This document shows, piece by piece, positions 10,232-23,300 of a DNA stretch of 55,706 nt. The notes under the pieces were generated by a model that was not told where the DNA came from, searched no databases, and was given only the letters and a program-made list of their open reading frames with translations. The DNA lies in NCBI GenBank assembly GCA_032718475.1, contig JAUCBJ010005459.1, positions 1 through 55,706 of the forward strand. Direction: 5' to 3'. The first letter of the stretch is position 1; every line of letters begins with the position of its first letter. Position numbers and translations under genes: made by a program. The stretch comes from Nemertoderma westbladi. Its lineage: Eukaryota; Animalia; Xenacoelomorpha.

Positions 10232-11010
10232 AAAGGACCAACACTAGAAGCAGCATGTTCTAATGAGCCGAGGAGCCGTTGGGCTCCCTTTAGTGATTCT
10301 GAGAGTACTCCTAAGTCATCAGCAAAGTCTAGATCAGTTAGGTACTTGGCAGGATTTCCTCGACTTCTGGAGCCCGTAGGTGGAGTTATCATCACCCCAT
10401 CATCATTATGATGATCTAAGGACATGCGTAGAATATAGTCAACCACAATTATGAACAAGAATGGCGCAAGTGTGTCTCCCTGGAGGACTCCCCATAACAC
10501 TTCAAATGGTTCTGTGGGTACTCTTATATGGGAGTCCATGCTTGGCTCTAACTGCAGAGGATACCAAATCTCTGGGTGGCATTTTCACAAGAATGCTGCG
10601 CCGGGTTTATTGTGTAAAGTACAATGAACACATCTCCAACCAGATGTGTTCATACAACATTGGGGGTATCTCATTAAACCCACCCCCCCCCCCCCCAAAA
10701 AAAAAAAAACCCGCCTCCGCTTTACAGGACATTGCTTTCAGTGTGAGGACCAGCCAGTGCATAATCCTGTGCTTTGGCGGTCTCATGGTGTGAACAAGCA
10801 TGGTGGACAGCCCATGACTTTCTTGAGACGCATCTTAAAGGACACTGGCCTTAAAGATGCGGATGATCTAGCAAATTCTTGGGTTGATAGGGAGTTTGGC
10901 GGCACAAGTTTGTCGACAAGCCGGCACAGCATTCGTAATATTTATGTAATATATATATATATAACGCAGATGCAATGCAGCACGCCGATCGCAGTAGTTG
11001 TGTAGTAGTA
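10232..11010 (+). mobile_element. RTE LINE copy with inverted 5' segment
   Basis: 10232-10516 is the reverse complement of about 20377-20661. 10518-11010 matches 20933-21382 forward and ends in a (TAG)n tail. Confidence 0.9.
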
Positions 11011-11167
11011 TCCGAATAAATAAATTAGTAAATATTTATCATAATGATCTACATAACATTATATTCTACATCCATATTGTACAATATAATGTAATACATA
11101 TTCCAATTATTCATGAATAAAATGACAATTTTTAGGCCTAGATTTGAATGTTCTAATTCTGGCGCTC

Positions 11168-11347
11168 CTATGTAGAAACAACGTTGTCATGAGAACGGTT
11201 GATATACTTCTTCCTTGCCTCATCTATCTCTTTGGGTCTTCTGAAAGTCCAGTTTTGATTCACCAGATTTTCGCAGGGTCTCATCAACAAGTACTGGCTA
11301 GCCTCATCGGACGTTAAACAATCTTTAGTTCCAAATTTCAATATTTG
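11168..11347 (-). CDS. GALNT: GALNT exon 10 (lectin gamma repeat, stop)
   Basis: tttag|CAA; [12 protein letters not shown]...[10 protein letters not shown]...VST*. Confidence 0.88.
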   Translation of the reverse strand, partial: QILKFGTKDCLTSDEASQYLLMRPCENLVNQNWTFRRPKEIDEARKKYINRSHDNVVST

Positions 11348-14300
11348 CTAAAGAGAATAAAATTGAAATAAAAATAAAATTTGTTACTTATGTTTCAGAT
11401 GATTACAAAACAATCTATTAACGTTTTTAAATATGATAATAAATGTACAGTGATATAAAGTGATATAAAGTAATGTAAAGTAATGTACAGTGATGTAAAG
11501 TAATGTAAAGTAATGTAAAGTAATGTACAGTGATGTAAAGTAATGTAAAGTACTATTAGTTAAGTTATAGGTTAAAGGAAAACATGAAACACCGGGGGCA
11601 ACCCGAAGGCTCTTATTTCTTGTTGAGAAAACCACTCCAACTTTAAAAGATGATCACACCGTTAGGTCAGTATAACGCAATTCCGACGAAATAAAGCTCT
11701 ACAAATGTCTTGACGATGGTAAGTTATGTAATATGATTAATTTTTGGGAAAAGAGTTACATGCTCGATTTTTACAGCAGAACTTTCAATTGATTTTAAAA
11801 TAAATAATATTTAACAATATTGACAAAAAATTGAGTTTAATTTTTAACACGTCGACTATATTTATACCGCCAAATAACCTACTGTAGTTCTTACCTTTCC
11901 GTATATCTTCCATGCCTGATTACCGCGCTGTCTATGACAGGATCCAAGAGATACAAAATCACCGGAAGCGTCGAAACATTTAGTTTCGGGCCCGGAAATA
12001 ACTTTAATCTCTAAATCTCTAGAATATTGGAAGAACTGCGTCCCACCATAACCGTGGCAACCACTCATATACGGTTGTGTGTTTGTACGGTTCCCTCCAT
12101 CCAAACATAAATTATAACCCTTAAGATACAGCTGAAACGACGATAAATGTTTGTAATTATTAATATATTAATAAACAAATAAAATATTGGGTGTTTGAAA
12201 GCTATATTAGCTGTCATGTGATCCAATGCTAATCAAACATTTTATTGGGGAAGACCCTAACCAAAGGCACCCCTACCCCTAATAAAAAGGATAAAATATG
12301 CCATTGTGAGCAGTAATCGCATAATATTGAAAATGGTGTGTGTGGTGACATGCTCTGTGGACAAATAAGCCTGAAATTTCAGGTGTCATAGAACAGTAGA
12401 TAGTATTTTTAAACTGGTATTTATTCTGTTAACTGAATTAAACAATGAAATTTTTGAAAGTGACAATTTTGTAGTTTTTTTTAAATCGCATAAATATCTA
12501 ATCTAATCGGAGATCCCATAGGCCGCAAGGATCATGCCGCCTCCCAACATGCTTTGTTGGGATGCCTTGAAGAAGACTACAGTACAAAGATATGCATAGA
12601 TGTCTGTCTTTCCTTGTAGACAGATTTAACAATTTGTTTGCTACACAGGATACTTTCACTTGCTCTCTTTTCTTGTTTACTACTTTTCTGTTGTATAGGC
12701 TGAGCTGCTAGCAATCGAAATCCGGTTGATTACGCTATATGACCCTAGTTGACTTACAGTAGGTTTCCTTGTGATACTGGAATAAAGATATGCGATAAAG
12801 ATTAGTAAACTCTACAACACAACTTGCCTCTCCACTATATTCGAATTCCGAATTTAAATCTGACTCTGGGAACACGTTGGTTAAATACCATGACATGGGT
12901 TTACACTTGAGACTGTTTCGTAATGAAATCCTTTTTTCCAAATTTCCGGCATCTAAGTTCCATAACGCTGAAAAAAATGTTCAAACTGTTAAGAAAATAG
13001 TTAAAACACAATAGATTTCAACTTCATAACTTTTTGTCCCAGACTACACAAACCGACGGGGAATATAATTTATTATATTTTAACTTACTCGGTTTGTAAA
13101 GGTAAAATATGAACTTGTACTCGTCCAACCAGACCTCAGCGAGTCGCTTCAGGTTGTACCCCAGTGGATCATCGACTTTCGTCTTCCATTTGTAAGGTGA
13201 ATAAGAGCGGAATATATGTCCAACTCTACTGCAACTAGTTTGAATCAGTGAACCGCCACAATTCCAAATCTACACGAAATAAATATCAACTAATAGATCT
13301 AATAGTACAAGCATATGGGAGCCCAATTCATGTTGGTTCACTGACTGGTAACACAATTTGCGCGAGTTTATATTGCTGGTTTCAAGACACAACCACCACA
13401 ACAAAGACAACATTTATAGTGTTTTACCTTAAATACCGGTAGTTAAAGGTTAAAGCCAATACTGATAGACCAATAAACTAACCCGAAGACTGAGGTCAAC
13501 GTTTTCAGCACCCCATATCTCCATTTCCTCATCATAGCTTCCGATTTCATAAAAGAAATCCTTTTCAATAGCGAAAAGACCTCCAGCCATTGCCGGGGAC
13601 CTAAATTTAATTTGTGGTGAAATAATAACTGGTGAATGCTAATCAAAACATTTATGTTCTAGAACGTTTAACAAATATAATTTAACATGCAGAATATTTA
13701 TCATCAGTAGTAATGTCAAAATTTGTGAGCAAATAGCATGATTAATAAATAAAAGCGACGCGAAGCTGCAACGACGAACTTTACACATTTATTCTGATCC
13801 AACATTTAACCCACTGATCCTCCATTTAACTCACTGATCCTCCATTTAACTCACTGATCCTCCATTTAACTCACTGATGCTCCATTTAACTCACTGATCC
13901 TCCACTTATCTCACTGATCCTCCACTTATCTCACTGATCCTCCATTTAACTCACTGATCCTCCATTTAACTCACTGATCCTCCATTTAACTCACTGATCA
14001 TCCATTTAACCCACACAATCCTCCATTTAACTCACACGATCCTCCATTTAACTCACTGATCCTCCATTTAACTCACTGATCATCCACTTAACTCACTGAT
14101 CCTCCATTTAACTCACTAATCCTCCATTTAACTCACTGATCCTCCAATTAACTCACTGATCCTCCACTTAACTCACTGATCCTCCATTTAACTCACTGAT
14201 CCTCCACATAACTCACTGATCATCCATTTAACCCACACAATCCTCCATTTAACTCACACGATCCTCCATTTAACTCACTGATCCTCCATTTAACTCACTG

Positions 14301-17300
14301 ATCCTCTACTTAACTCACTGATCCTCCATTTAACTCACTGATCCTCCACTTAACTCACTGATCCTCCATTTAACTCACTGATCCTCCACTTAACTCACTG
14401 ATCCTCCATTTAACTCACTGATCCTCCATTTAACTCACTGATCCTCCATTTAACTCACTGATCCTCCATTTAACTCACTGATCCTCAATTTAAATCACTG
14501 ATCCTCCATTTAACTCACTGATCATCCATTTAACCCACACAATCCTCCATTTAACTCACACGACCCTCCATTTAACTCACTGATCCTCCATTTAACTCAC
14601 TGATCCTCCACTTAACTCACTGATCCTCCATTTAACTTACTGATCCTCCACTTAACTCACTGATCCTCCATTTAACTCACTGATCCTCCATTTAACTCAC
14701 TGATCCTCCATTTAACTCACTGATCCTCCACTTAACTCACTGATCCTCCATTTAACTCACTGATCATCCATTTAACCCACACAATCCTCCATTTAACTCA
14801 CACGATCCTCCATTTAACTCACTGATCCTCCATATAGCTCACTGATCCTCCACTTAACTCACTGAACCTCCATTTAACTCACTGATCCTCCACTTAACTC
14901 ACTGATCCTCCATTTAACTCACTGATCCTCCATTTAACTCACTGATCCTCCATTTAACCCACTGATCCTCCATTTAACTCACTGATCCTCCATTTAACTC
15001 ACTGATCATCCATTTAACCAACACAATCCTCCATTTAACTCACACGATCCTCCATTTAACTCACTGATCCTCCATTTAACTCACTGATCCTCCACTTATC
15101 TCACTGATCCTCCATTTAACTCACTGATCCTCCATTTAACTCACTGATCCTCCATTTAACTCACTGATCCTCCATTTAAATCACTGATCATCCATTTAAC
15201 CCACACAATCCTCCATTTAACTCACACGATCCTCCATTTAACTCACTGATCCTCCATTTAACTCACTGATCCTCCACTTAACTCACTGATCCTCCATTTA
15301 ACTTACTGATCCTCCACTTAACTCACTGATCCTCCATTTAACTCACTGATCCTCCATTTAACTCACTGATCCTCCATTTAACTCACTGATCCTCCATTTA
15401 ACTCACTGATCCTCCACTTAACTCACTGATCCTCCATTTAACTCACTGATCCTCCATTTAACTCACTGATCCTCCATTTAACTCACTGATCATCCATTTA
15501 ACCCATACAATCCTCCATTTAACTCACACGATCCTCCATTTAATTCACTGATCCTCCATATAGCTCACTGATCCTCCACTTAACTCACTGATCCTCCATT
15601 TAACTCACTGATCCTCCACTTAACTCACTGATCCTCCATTTAACTCACTGATCCTCCATTTAACTCACTGATCCTCCATTTAACTCACTGATCCTCCATT
15701 TAACTCACTGATCCTCCATTTAACTCACTGATCCTCTATTTAAATCACTGATCCTCCAGTTAACTCACTGATCATCCATTTAACCCACACAATCCTCCAT
15801 TTAACTCACACGATCCTCCATTTAACTCACTGATCCTCCATTTAACTCACTGATCCTCCACTTAACTCACTGATCCTCCATTTAACTCACTGATCCTCCA
15901 CATAACTCACTGATCATCCATTTAACCCACACAATCCTCCATTTAACTCACACGATCCTCCATTTAACTCACTGATCCTCCATTTAACTCACTGATCCTC
16001 TACTTAACTCACTGATCCTCCATTTAACTCACTGATCCTCCACTTAACTCACTGATCCTCCATTTAACTCACTGATCCTCCACTTAACTCACTGATCCTC
16101 CATTTAACTCACTGATCCTCCATTTAACTCACTGATCCTCCATTTAACTCACTGATCCTCCATTTAACTCACTGATCCTCAATTTAAATCACTGATCCTC
16201 CATTTAACTCACTGATCATCCATTTAACCCACACAATCCTCCATTTAACTCACACGACCCTCCATTTAACTCACTGATCCTCCATTTAACTCACTGATCC
16301 TCCACTTAACTCACTGATCCTCCATTTAACTTACTGATCCTCCACTTAACTCACTGATCCTCCATTTAACTCACTGATCCTCCATTTAACTCACTGATCC
16401 TCCATTTAACTCACTGATCCTCCACTTAACTCACTGATCCTCCATTTAACTCACTGATCATCCATTTAACCCACACAATCCTCCATTTAACTCACACGAT
16501 CCTCCATTTAACTCACTGATCCTCCATATAGCTCACTGATCCTCCACTTAACTCACTGAACCTCCATTTAACTCACTGATCCTCCACTTAACTCACTGAT
16601 CCTCCATTTAACTCACTGATCCTCCATTTAACTCACTGATCCTCCATTTAACCCACTGATCCTCCATTTAACTCACTGATCCTCCATTTAACTCACTGAT
16701 CATCCATTTAACCAACACAATCCTCCATTTAACTCACACGATCCTCCATTTAACTCACTGATCCTCCATTTAACTCACTGATCCTCCACTTAACTCACTG
16801 ATCCTCCATTTAACTCACTGATCCTCCATTTAACTCACTGATCCTCCATTTAACTCACTGATCCTCCATTTAAATCACTGATCCTCCATTTAACTCACTG
16901 ATCATCCATTTAACCCACACAATCCTCCATTTAACTCACACGATCCTCCATTTAACTCACTGATCCTCCATTTAACTCACTGATCCTCCACTTAACTCAC
17001 TGATCCTCCATTTAACTTACTGATCCTCCACTTAACTCACTGATCCTCCATTTAACTCACTGATCCTCCATTTAACTCACTGATCCTCCATTTAACTCAC
17101 TGATCCTCCATTTAACTCACTGATCCTCCACTTAACTCACTGATCCTCCATTTAACTCACTGATCCTCCATTTAACTCACTGATCATCCATTTAACCCAT
17201 ACAATCCTCCATTTAACTCACACGATCCTCCATTTAATTCACTGATCCTCCATATAGCTCACTGATCCTCCACTTAACTCACTGATCCTCCATTTAACTC

Positions 17301-20300
17301 ACTGATCCTCCACTTAACTCACTGATCCTCCATTTAACTCACTGATCCTCCATTTAACTCACTGATCCTCCATTTAACTCACTGATCCTCCATTTAACTC
17401 ACTGATCCTCTATTTAAATCACTGATCCTCCAGTTAACTCACTGATCATCCATTTAACCCACACAATCCTCCATTTAACTCACACGATCCTCCATTTAAC
17501 TCACTGATCCTCCATTTAACTCACTGATCCTCCACTTAACTCACTGATCCTCCATTTAACTCACTGATCCTCCACTTAACTCACTGATCCTCCATTTAAC
17601 TCACTGATCATCCATTTAACTCACTGATCCTCCATTTAACTCACTGATCCTCCATTTAACTCACTGATCCTCCACTTAACTCACTGATCCTCCATTTAAC
17701 TCACTGATCCTCCACTTAACTCACTGATCCTCCATTTAACTCACTGATCATCCATTTAACCCACACAATCCTCCATTTAACTCACACGATCCTCCATTTA
17801 ACTCACTGATCCTCCATATAGCTCACTGATCCTCCACTTAACTCACTGAACCTCCATTTAACTCACTGATCCTCCACTTAACTCACTGATCCTCCATTTA
17901 ACTCACTGATCCTCCATTTAACTCACTGATCCTCCATTTAACCCACTGATCCTCCATTTAACTCACTGATCCTCCATTTAACTCACTGATCATCCATTTA
18001 ACCAACACAATCCTCCATTTAACTCACACGATCCTCCATTTAACTCACTGATCCTCCATTTAACTCACTGATCCTCCACTTAACTCACTGATCCTCCATT
18101 TAACTCACTGATCCTCCATTTAACTCACTGATCCTCCATTTAACTCACTGATCCTCCATTTAAATCACTGATCCTCCATTTAACTCACTGATCATCCATT
18201 TAACCCACACAATCCTCCATTTAACTCACACGATCCTCCATTTAACTCACTGATCCTCCATTTAACTCACTGATCCTCCACTTAACTCACTGATCCTCCA
18301 TTTAACTTACTGATCCTCCACTTAACTCACTGATCCTCCATTTAACTCACTGATCCTCCATTTAACTCACTGATCCTCCATTTAACTCACTGATCCTCCA
18401 TTTAACTCACTGATCCTCCACTTAACTCACTGATCCTCCATTTAACTCACTGATCCTCCATTTAACTCACTGATCATCCATTTAACCCATACAATCCTCC
18501 ATTTAACTCACACGATCCTCCATTTAATTCACTGATCCTCCATATAGCTCACTGATCCTCCACTTAACTCACTGATCCTCCATTTAACTCACTGATCCTC
18601 CACTTAACTCACTGATCCTCCATTTAACTCACTGATCCTCCATTTAACTCACTGATCCTCCATTTAACTCACTGATCCTCCATTTAACTCACTGATCCTC
18701 TATTTAAATCACTGATCCTCCAGTTAACTCACTGATCATCCATTTAACCCACACAATCCTCCATTTAACTCACACGATCCTCCATTTAACTCACTGATCC
18801 ACCATTTAACTCACTGATCCTCCACTTAACTCACTGATCCTCCATTTAACTCACTGATCCTCCACTTAACTCACTGATCCTCCATTTAACTCACTGATCA
18901 TCCATTTAACTCACTGATCCTCCATTTAACTCACTGATCCTCCATTTAACTCACTGATCCTCCACTTAACTCACTGATCCTCCATTTAACTCGTTGATCC
19001 TCCATTTAACTCACTGATCCTCCACTTAACCCACTGATCCTCCATTTAACTCACTGGTCCTCCATTTAACTCACTGATCATCCATTTAACCCACACAAAC
19101 CTCCATTTAACTCACACGATCCTCCATTTAACTCACTGATCCTCCATTTAACTCACTGATCCTCCACTTAACTCACTGATCCTCCATTTAACTCACTGAT
19201 CCTCCATTTAACTCACTGATCCTCCATTTAACTCACTGATCCTCCATTTAACTCACTGATCCTCCATTTAAATCACTGATCCTCCATTTAACTCACTGAT
19301 CATCCATTTAACTCACACGATCCTCCATTTAACTCACTGATCCTCCATTTAACTCACTGATCCTCTACTTAACTCACTGATCCTCCATTTAACTCACTGA
19401 TCCTCCACTTAACTCACTGTTCCTCCATTTAACTCACTGATCCTCCACTTAACTCACTGATCCTCCATTTAACTCACTGATCCTCCATTTAACTCACTGA
19501 TTCTCCATTTAACTCACTGATCCTCCATTTAACTCACTGATCCTCAATTTAAATCACTGATCCTCCATTTAACTCACTGATCATCCATTTAACATTATTC
19601 CAGGCATGGAAATCGATCAATCTGCTTACTGGGCGGAAAAGCCAACCAACCACCAAGGTTAAGGCAGAATCACCAGCCGATCGCCTCAATGGTTGGAAAG
19701 CCCACTTTGAAAAACTCCTCAATAATGACAGGGTATTGCCTGATAACTTTATAGAAGTAAAGGTGTCTGAGTCTGTACTCCCAGATATTCCCATTGGCGA
19801 TATCTCCTTTGCAGAAGTGAAGGCTGCTGCAAAGAGCATTAAGACCAATCGTGCCAGTGGAGTAGATGGTGTTCCCCCTGAGGTCTTTAAAATACCTGAG
19901 TGTTTAAAGCTCATCTATCCCATCATAGTAGACATGTACCGTACAACAAGAGTCCCACAAGAAATGAAAACAAATAAGTTGGTGCCAGTTCCCAAGAAGG
20001 GCAACCTAACACTCTATGGTTCTTTTCGGGGAATCTCATTGATCTCAATTGCTGCAAAGCTATACAATAGGATTCTATTAAATCGCATCAGGGATCCCAT
20101 TGAGAGACTGCTCCGTGGAAATCAGAATGGGTTCCGTAAAGGTCGTGGGACCATGGAGCCCATTTTGGCACTTAGAAGGATAATTGAAGAATTATCAAAA
20201 AAGAAAGACAGGCATCTGGCTGTTATCTTTGTTGACTTCTTCAAGGCCTTTGATTCAGTCTCTCGCTCACGTATGTTCAGCATACTTTCATTATATGGGA

Positions 20301-23300
20301 TTCCTGATGAAATTATTGCAGCAATCAGATCAGTATACGATGGTTCGACAACATTTGTGTCTACTGTTGACGGTGACACAGAACCATTCGAAGTGTTATG
20401 GGGCGTCCTCCAAGGAGACACACTTGCACCATTCTTATTCATTATTGTGGTTGACTATGTTCTACGCATGTCCTTAGATCATCATAATGATGATGGGGTG
20501 ATGATAACTCCACCTACTGGCTCCAGAAGTCGAGGAAATCCTGCCAAGTACCTAACTGATCTAGACTTTGCTGATGACTTAGGAGTACTCTCAGAATCAT
20601 TAGAGGGAGCCCAACGGCTCCTCAGCTCATTAGAACATGCTGCTTCTAGTGTTGGTCTTTTTATTAACTCCAGAAAGACCAAAATTCTGACAGTTAACTT
20701 TGAAAGTCCTCAGCAAGTCTCTGATCGGATGAGCATAAGCTCAAAGGATGGTATGCTTGAGCATGTCGACGACTTCTGTTACCTGGGATCATGGATCCGG
20801 AAGTCAGGTGAGGACCTTCGAATACGTAAGGGAAAGGCATGGGCAGCCTTGAATAGGCTTTCCAGGATTTGGAAGTCACCGAGAATTAATCGGAAACTTA
20901 AGGTCCGATTATTTAGAGCAGCAGTAGTTCCAGTACTCCTCTACGGGAGTCCATGCTGGGCTCTAACTGCTGAGGACACCAAATCTCTGGATGGCACATT
21001 CACAAGAATGCTACGCCGGGTTCATTGTGTCAAGTACAATGCACACATCTCCAACCAGACACTATATAACATTGGAGGTGTCTCATTGGTTCCCCCAAGC
21101 TTGACACTAGAACAAAATCGCCTCCGCTTTGCAGGACATTGCTTTCGCCGTGAGGACCAGCCAGTGCATAATCTTGTACTTTGGCAGCCTCATGGAGTGA
21201 ATAAGCATGGTGGACAGCCCATGACTTTCTTGAGACGCATCTTAAAGGACACTGGTCTTAAAGATGCGGATGATCTAGCAAATGTCATGGGTGATAGGGA
21301 GTTGTGGCGGTGCAATTTTGTTGACAAGCCGGCACAGCATTCTTAAAAATGCAGCTGCAATGCAGCATGCCGATCCTAGTAGTAACCCACACAATCCTCC
21401 ATTTAACTCACACGACCCTCCATTTAACTCACTGATCCTCCATTTAACTCACTGATCCTCCACTTAACTCACTGATCCTCCATTTAACTTACTGATCCTC
21501 CACTTAACTCACTGATCCTCCATTTAACTCACTGATCCTCCATTTAACTCACTGATCCTCCATTTAACTCACTGATCCTCCACTTAACTCACTGATCCTC
21601 CATTTAACTCACTGATCATCCATTTAACCCACACAATCCTCCATTTAACTCACACGATCCTCCATTTAACTCACTGATCCTCCATATAGCTCACTGATCC
21701 TCCACTTAACTCACTGAACCTCCATTTAACTCACTGATCCTCCACTTAACTCACTGATCCTCCATTTAACTCACTGATCCTCCATTTAACTCACTGATCC
21801 TCCATTTAACCCACTGATCCTCCATTTAACTCACTGATCCTCCATTTAACTCACTGATCATCCATTTAACCAACACAATCCTCCATTTAACTCACACGAT
21901 CCTCCATTTAACTCACTGATCCTCCATTTAACTCACTGATCCTCCACTTAACTCACTGATCCTCCATTTAACTCACTGATCCTCCATTTAACTCACCGAT
22001 CCTCCATTTAACTCACTGATCCTCCATTTAAATCACTGATCCTCCATTTAACTCACTGATCATCCATTTAACCCACACAATCCTCCATTTAACTCACACG
22101 ATCCTCCATTTAACTCACTGATCCTCCATTTAACTCACTGATCCTCCACTTAACTCACTGATCCTCCATTTAACTTACTGATCCTCCACTTAACTCACTG
22201 ATCCTCCATTTAACTCACTGATCCTCCATTTAACTCACTGATCCTCCATTTAACTCACTGATCCTCCATTTAACTCACTGATCCTCCACTTAACTCACTG
22301 ATCCTCCATTTAACTCACTGATCCTCCATTTAACTCACTGATCATCCATTTAACCCACACAATCCTCCATTTAACTCACACGATCCTCCATTTAATTCAC
22401 TGATCCTCCATATAGCTCACTGATCCTCCACTTAACTCACTGATCCTCCATTTAACTCACTGATCCTCCACTTAACTCACTGATCCTCCATTTAACTCAC
22501 TGATCCTCCATTTAACTCACTGATCCTCCATTTAACTCACTGATCCTCCATTTAACTCACTGATCCTCTATTTAAATCACTGATCCTCCAGTTAACGCAC
22601 TGATCATCCATTTAACCCACACAATCCTCCATTTAACTCACACGATCCTCCATTTAACTCACTGATCCTCCATTTAACTCACTGATCCTCCACTTAACTC
22701 ACTGATCCTCCATTTAACTCACTGATCCTCCACTTAACTCACTGAGCCTCCATTTAACTCACTGATCATCCATTTAACTCACTGATCCTCCATTTAACTC
22801 ACTGATCCTCCATTTAACTCACTGATCCTCCACTTAACTCACTGATCCTCCATTTAACTCGTTGATCCTCCATTTAACTCACTGATCCTCCACTTAACCC
22901 ACTGATCCTCCATTTAACTCACTGGTCCTCCATTTAACTCACTGATCATCCATTTAACCCACACAAACCTCCATTTAACTCACACGATCCTCCATTTAAC
23001 TCACTGATCCTCCATTTAACTCACTGATCCTCCACTTAACTCACTGATCCTCCATTTAACTCACTGATCCTCCATTTAACTCACTGATCCTCCATTTAAC
23101 TCACTGATCCTCCATTTAACTCACTGATCCTCCATTTAAATCACTGATCCTCCATTTAACTCACTGATCATCCATTTAACCCACACAATCCTCCATTTAA
23201 CTCACACGATCCTCCATTTAACTCACTGATCATCCATTTAACTCACTGATCTTCCACTTAACTCACTGATCCTCCATTTAACTCACTGATCCTCCACTTA

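Noticed and set aside
12960-13095. Apparent phase clash between GALNT exons 7 and 8 suggesting a pseudogene
   Set aside because: On recount exon 8 is 140 bp and reads A|CG TTA TGG; phases match.
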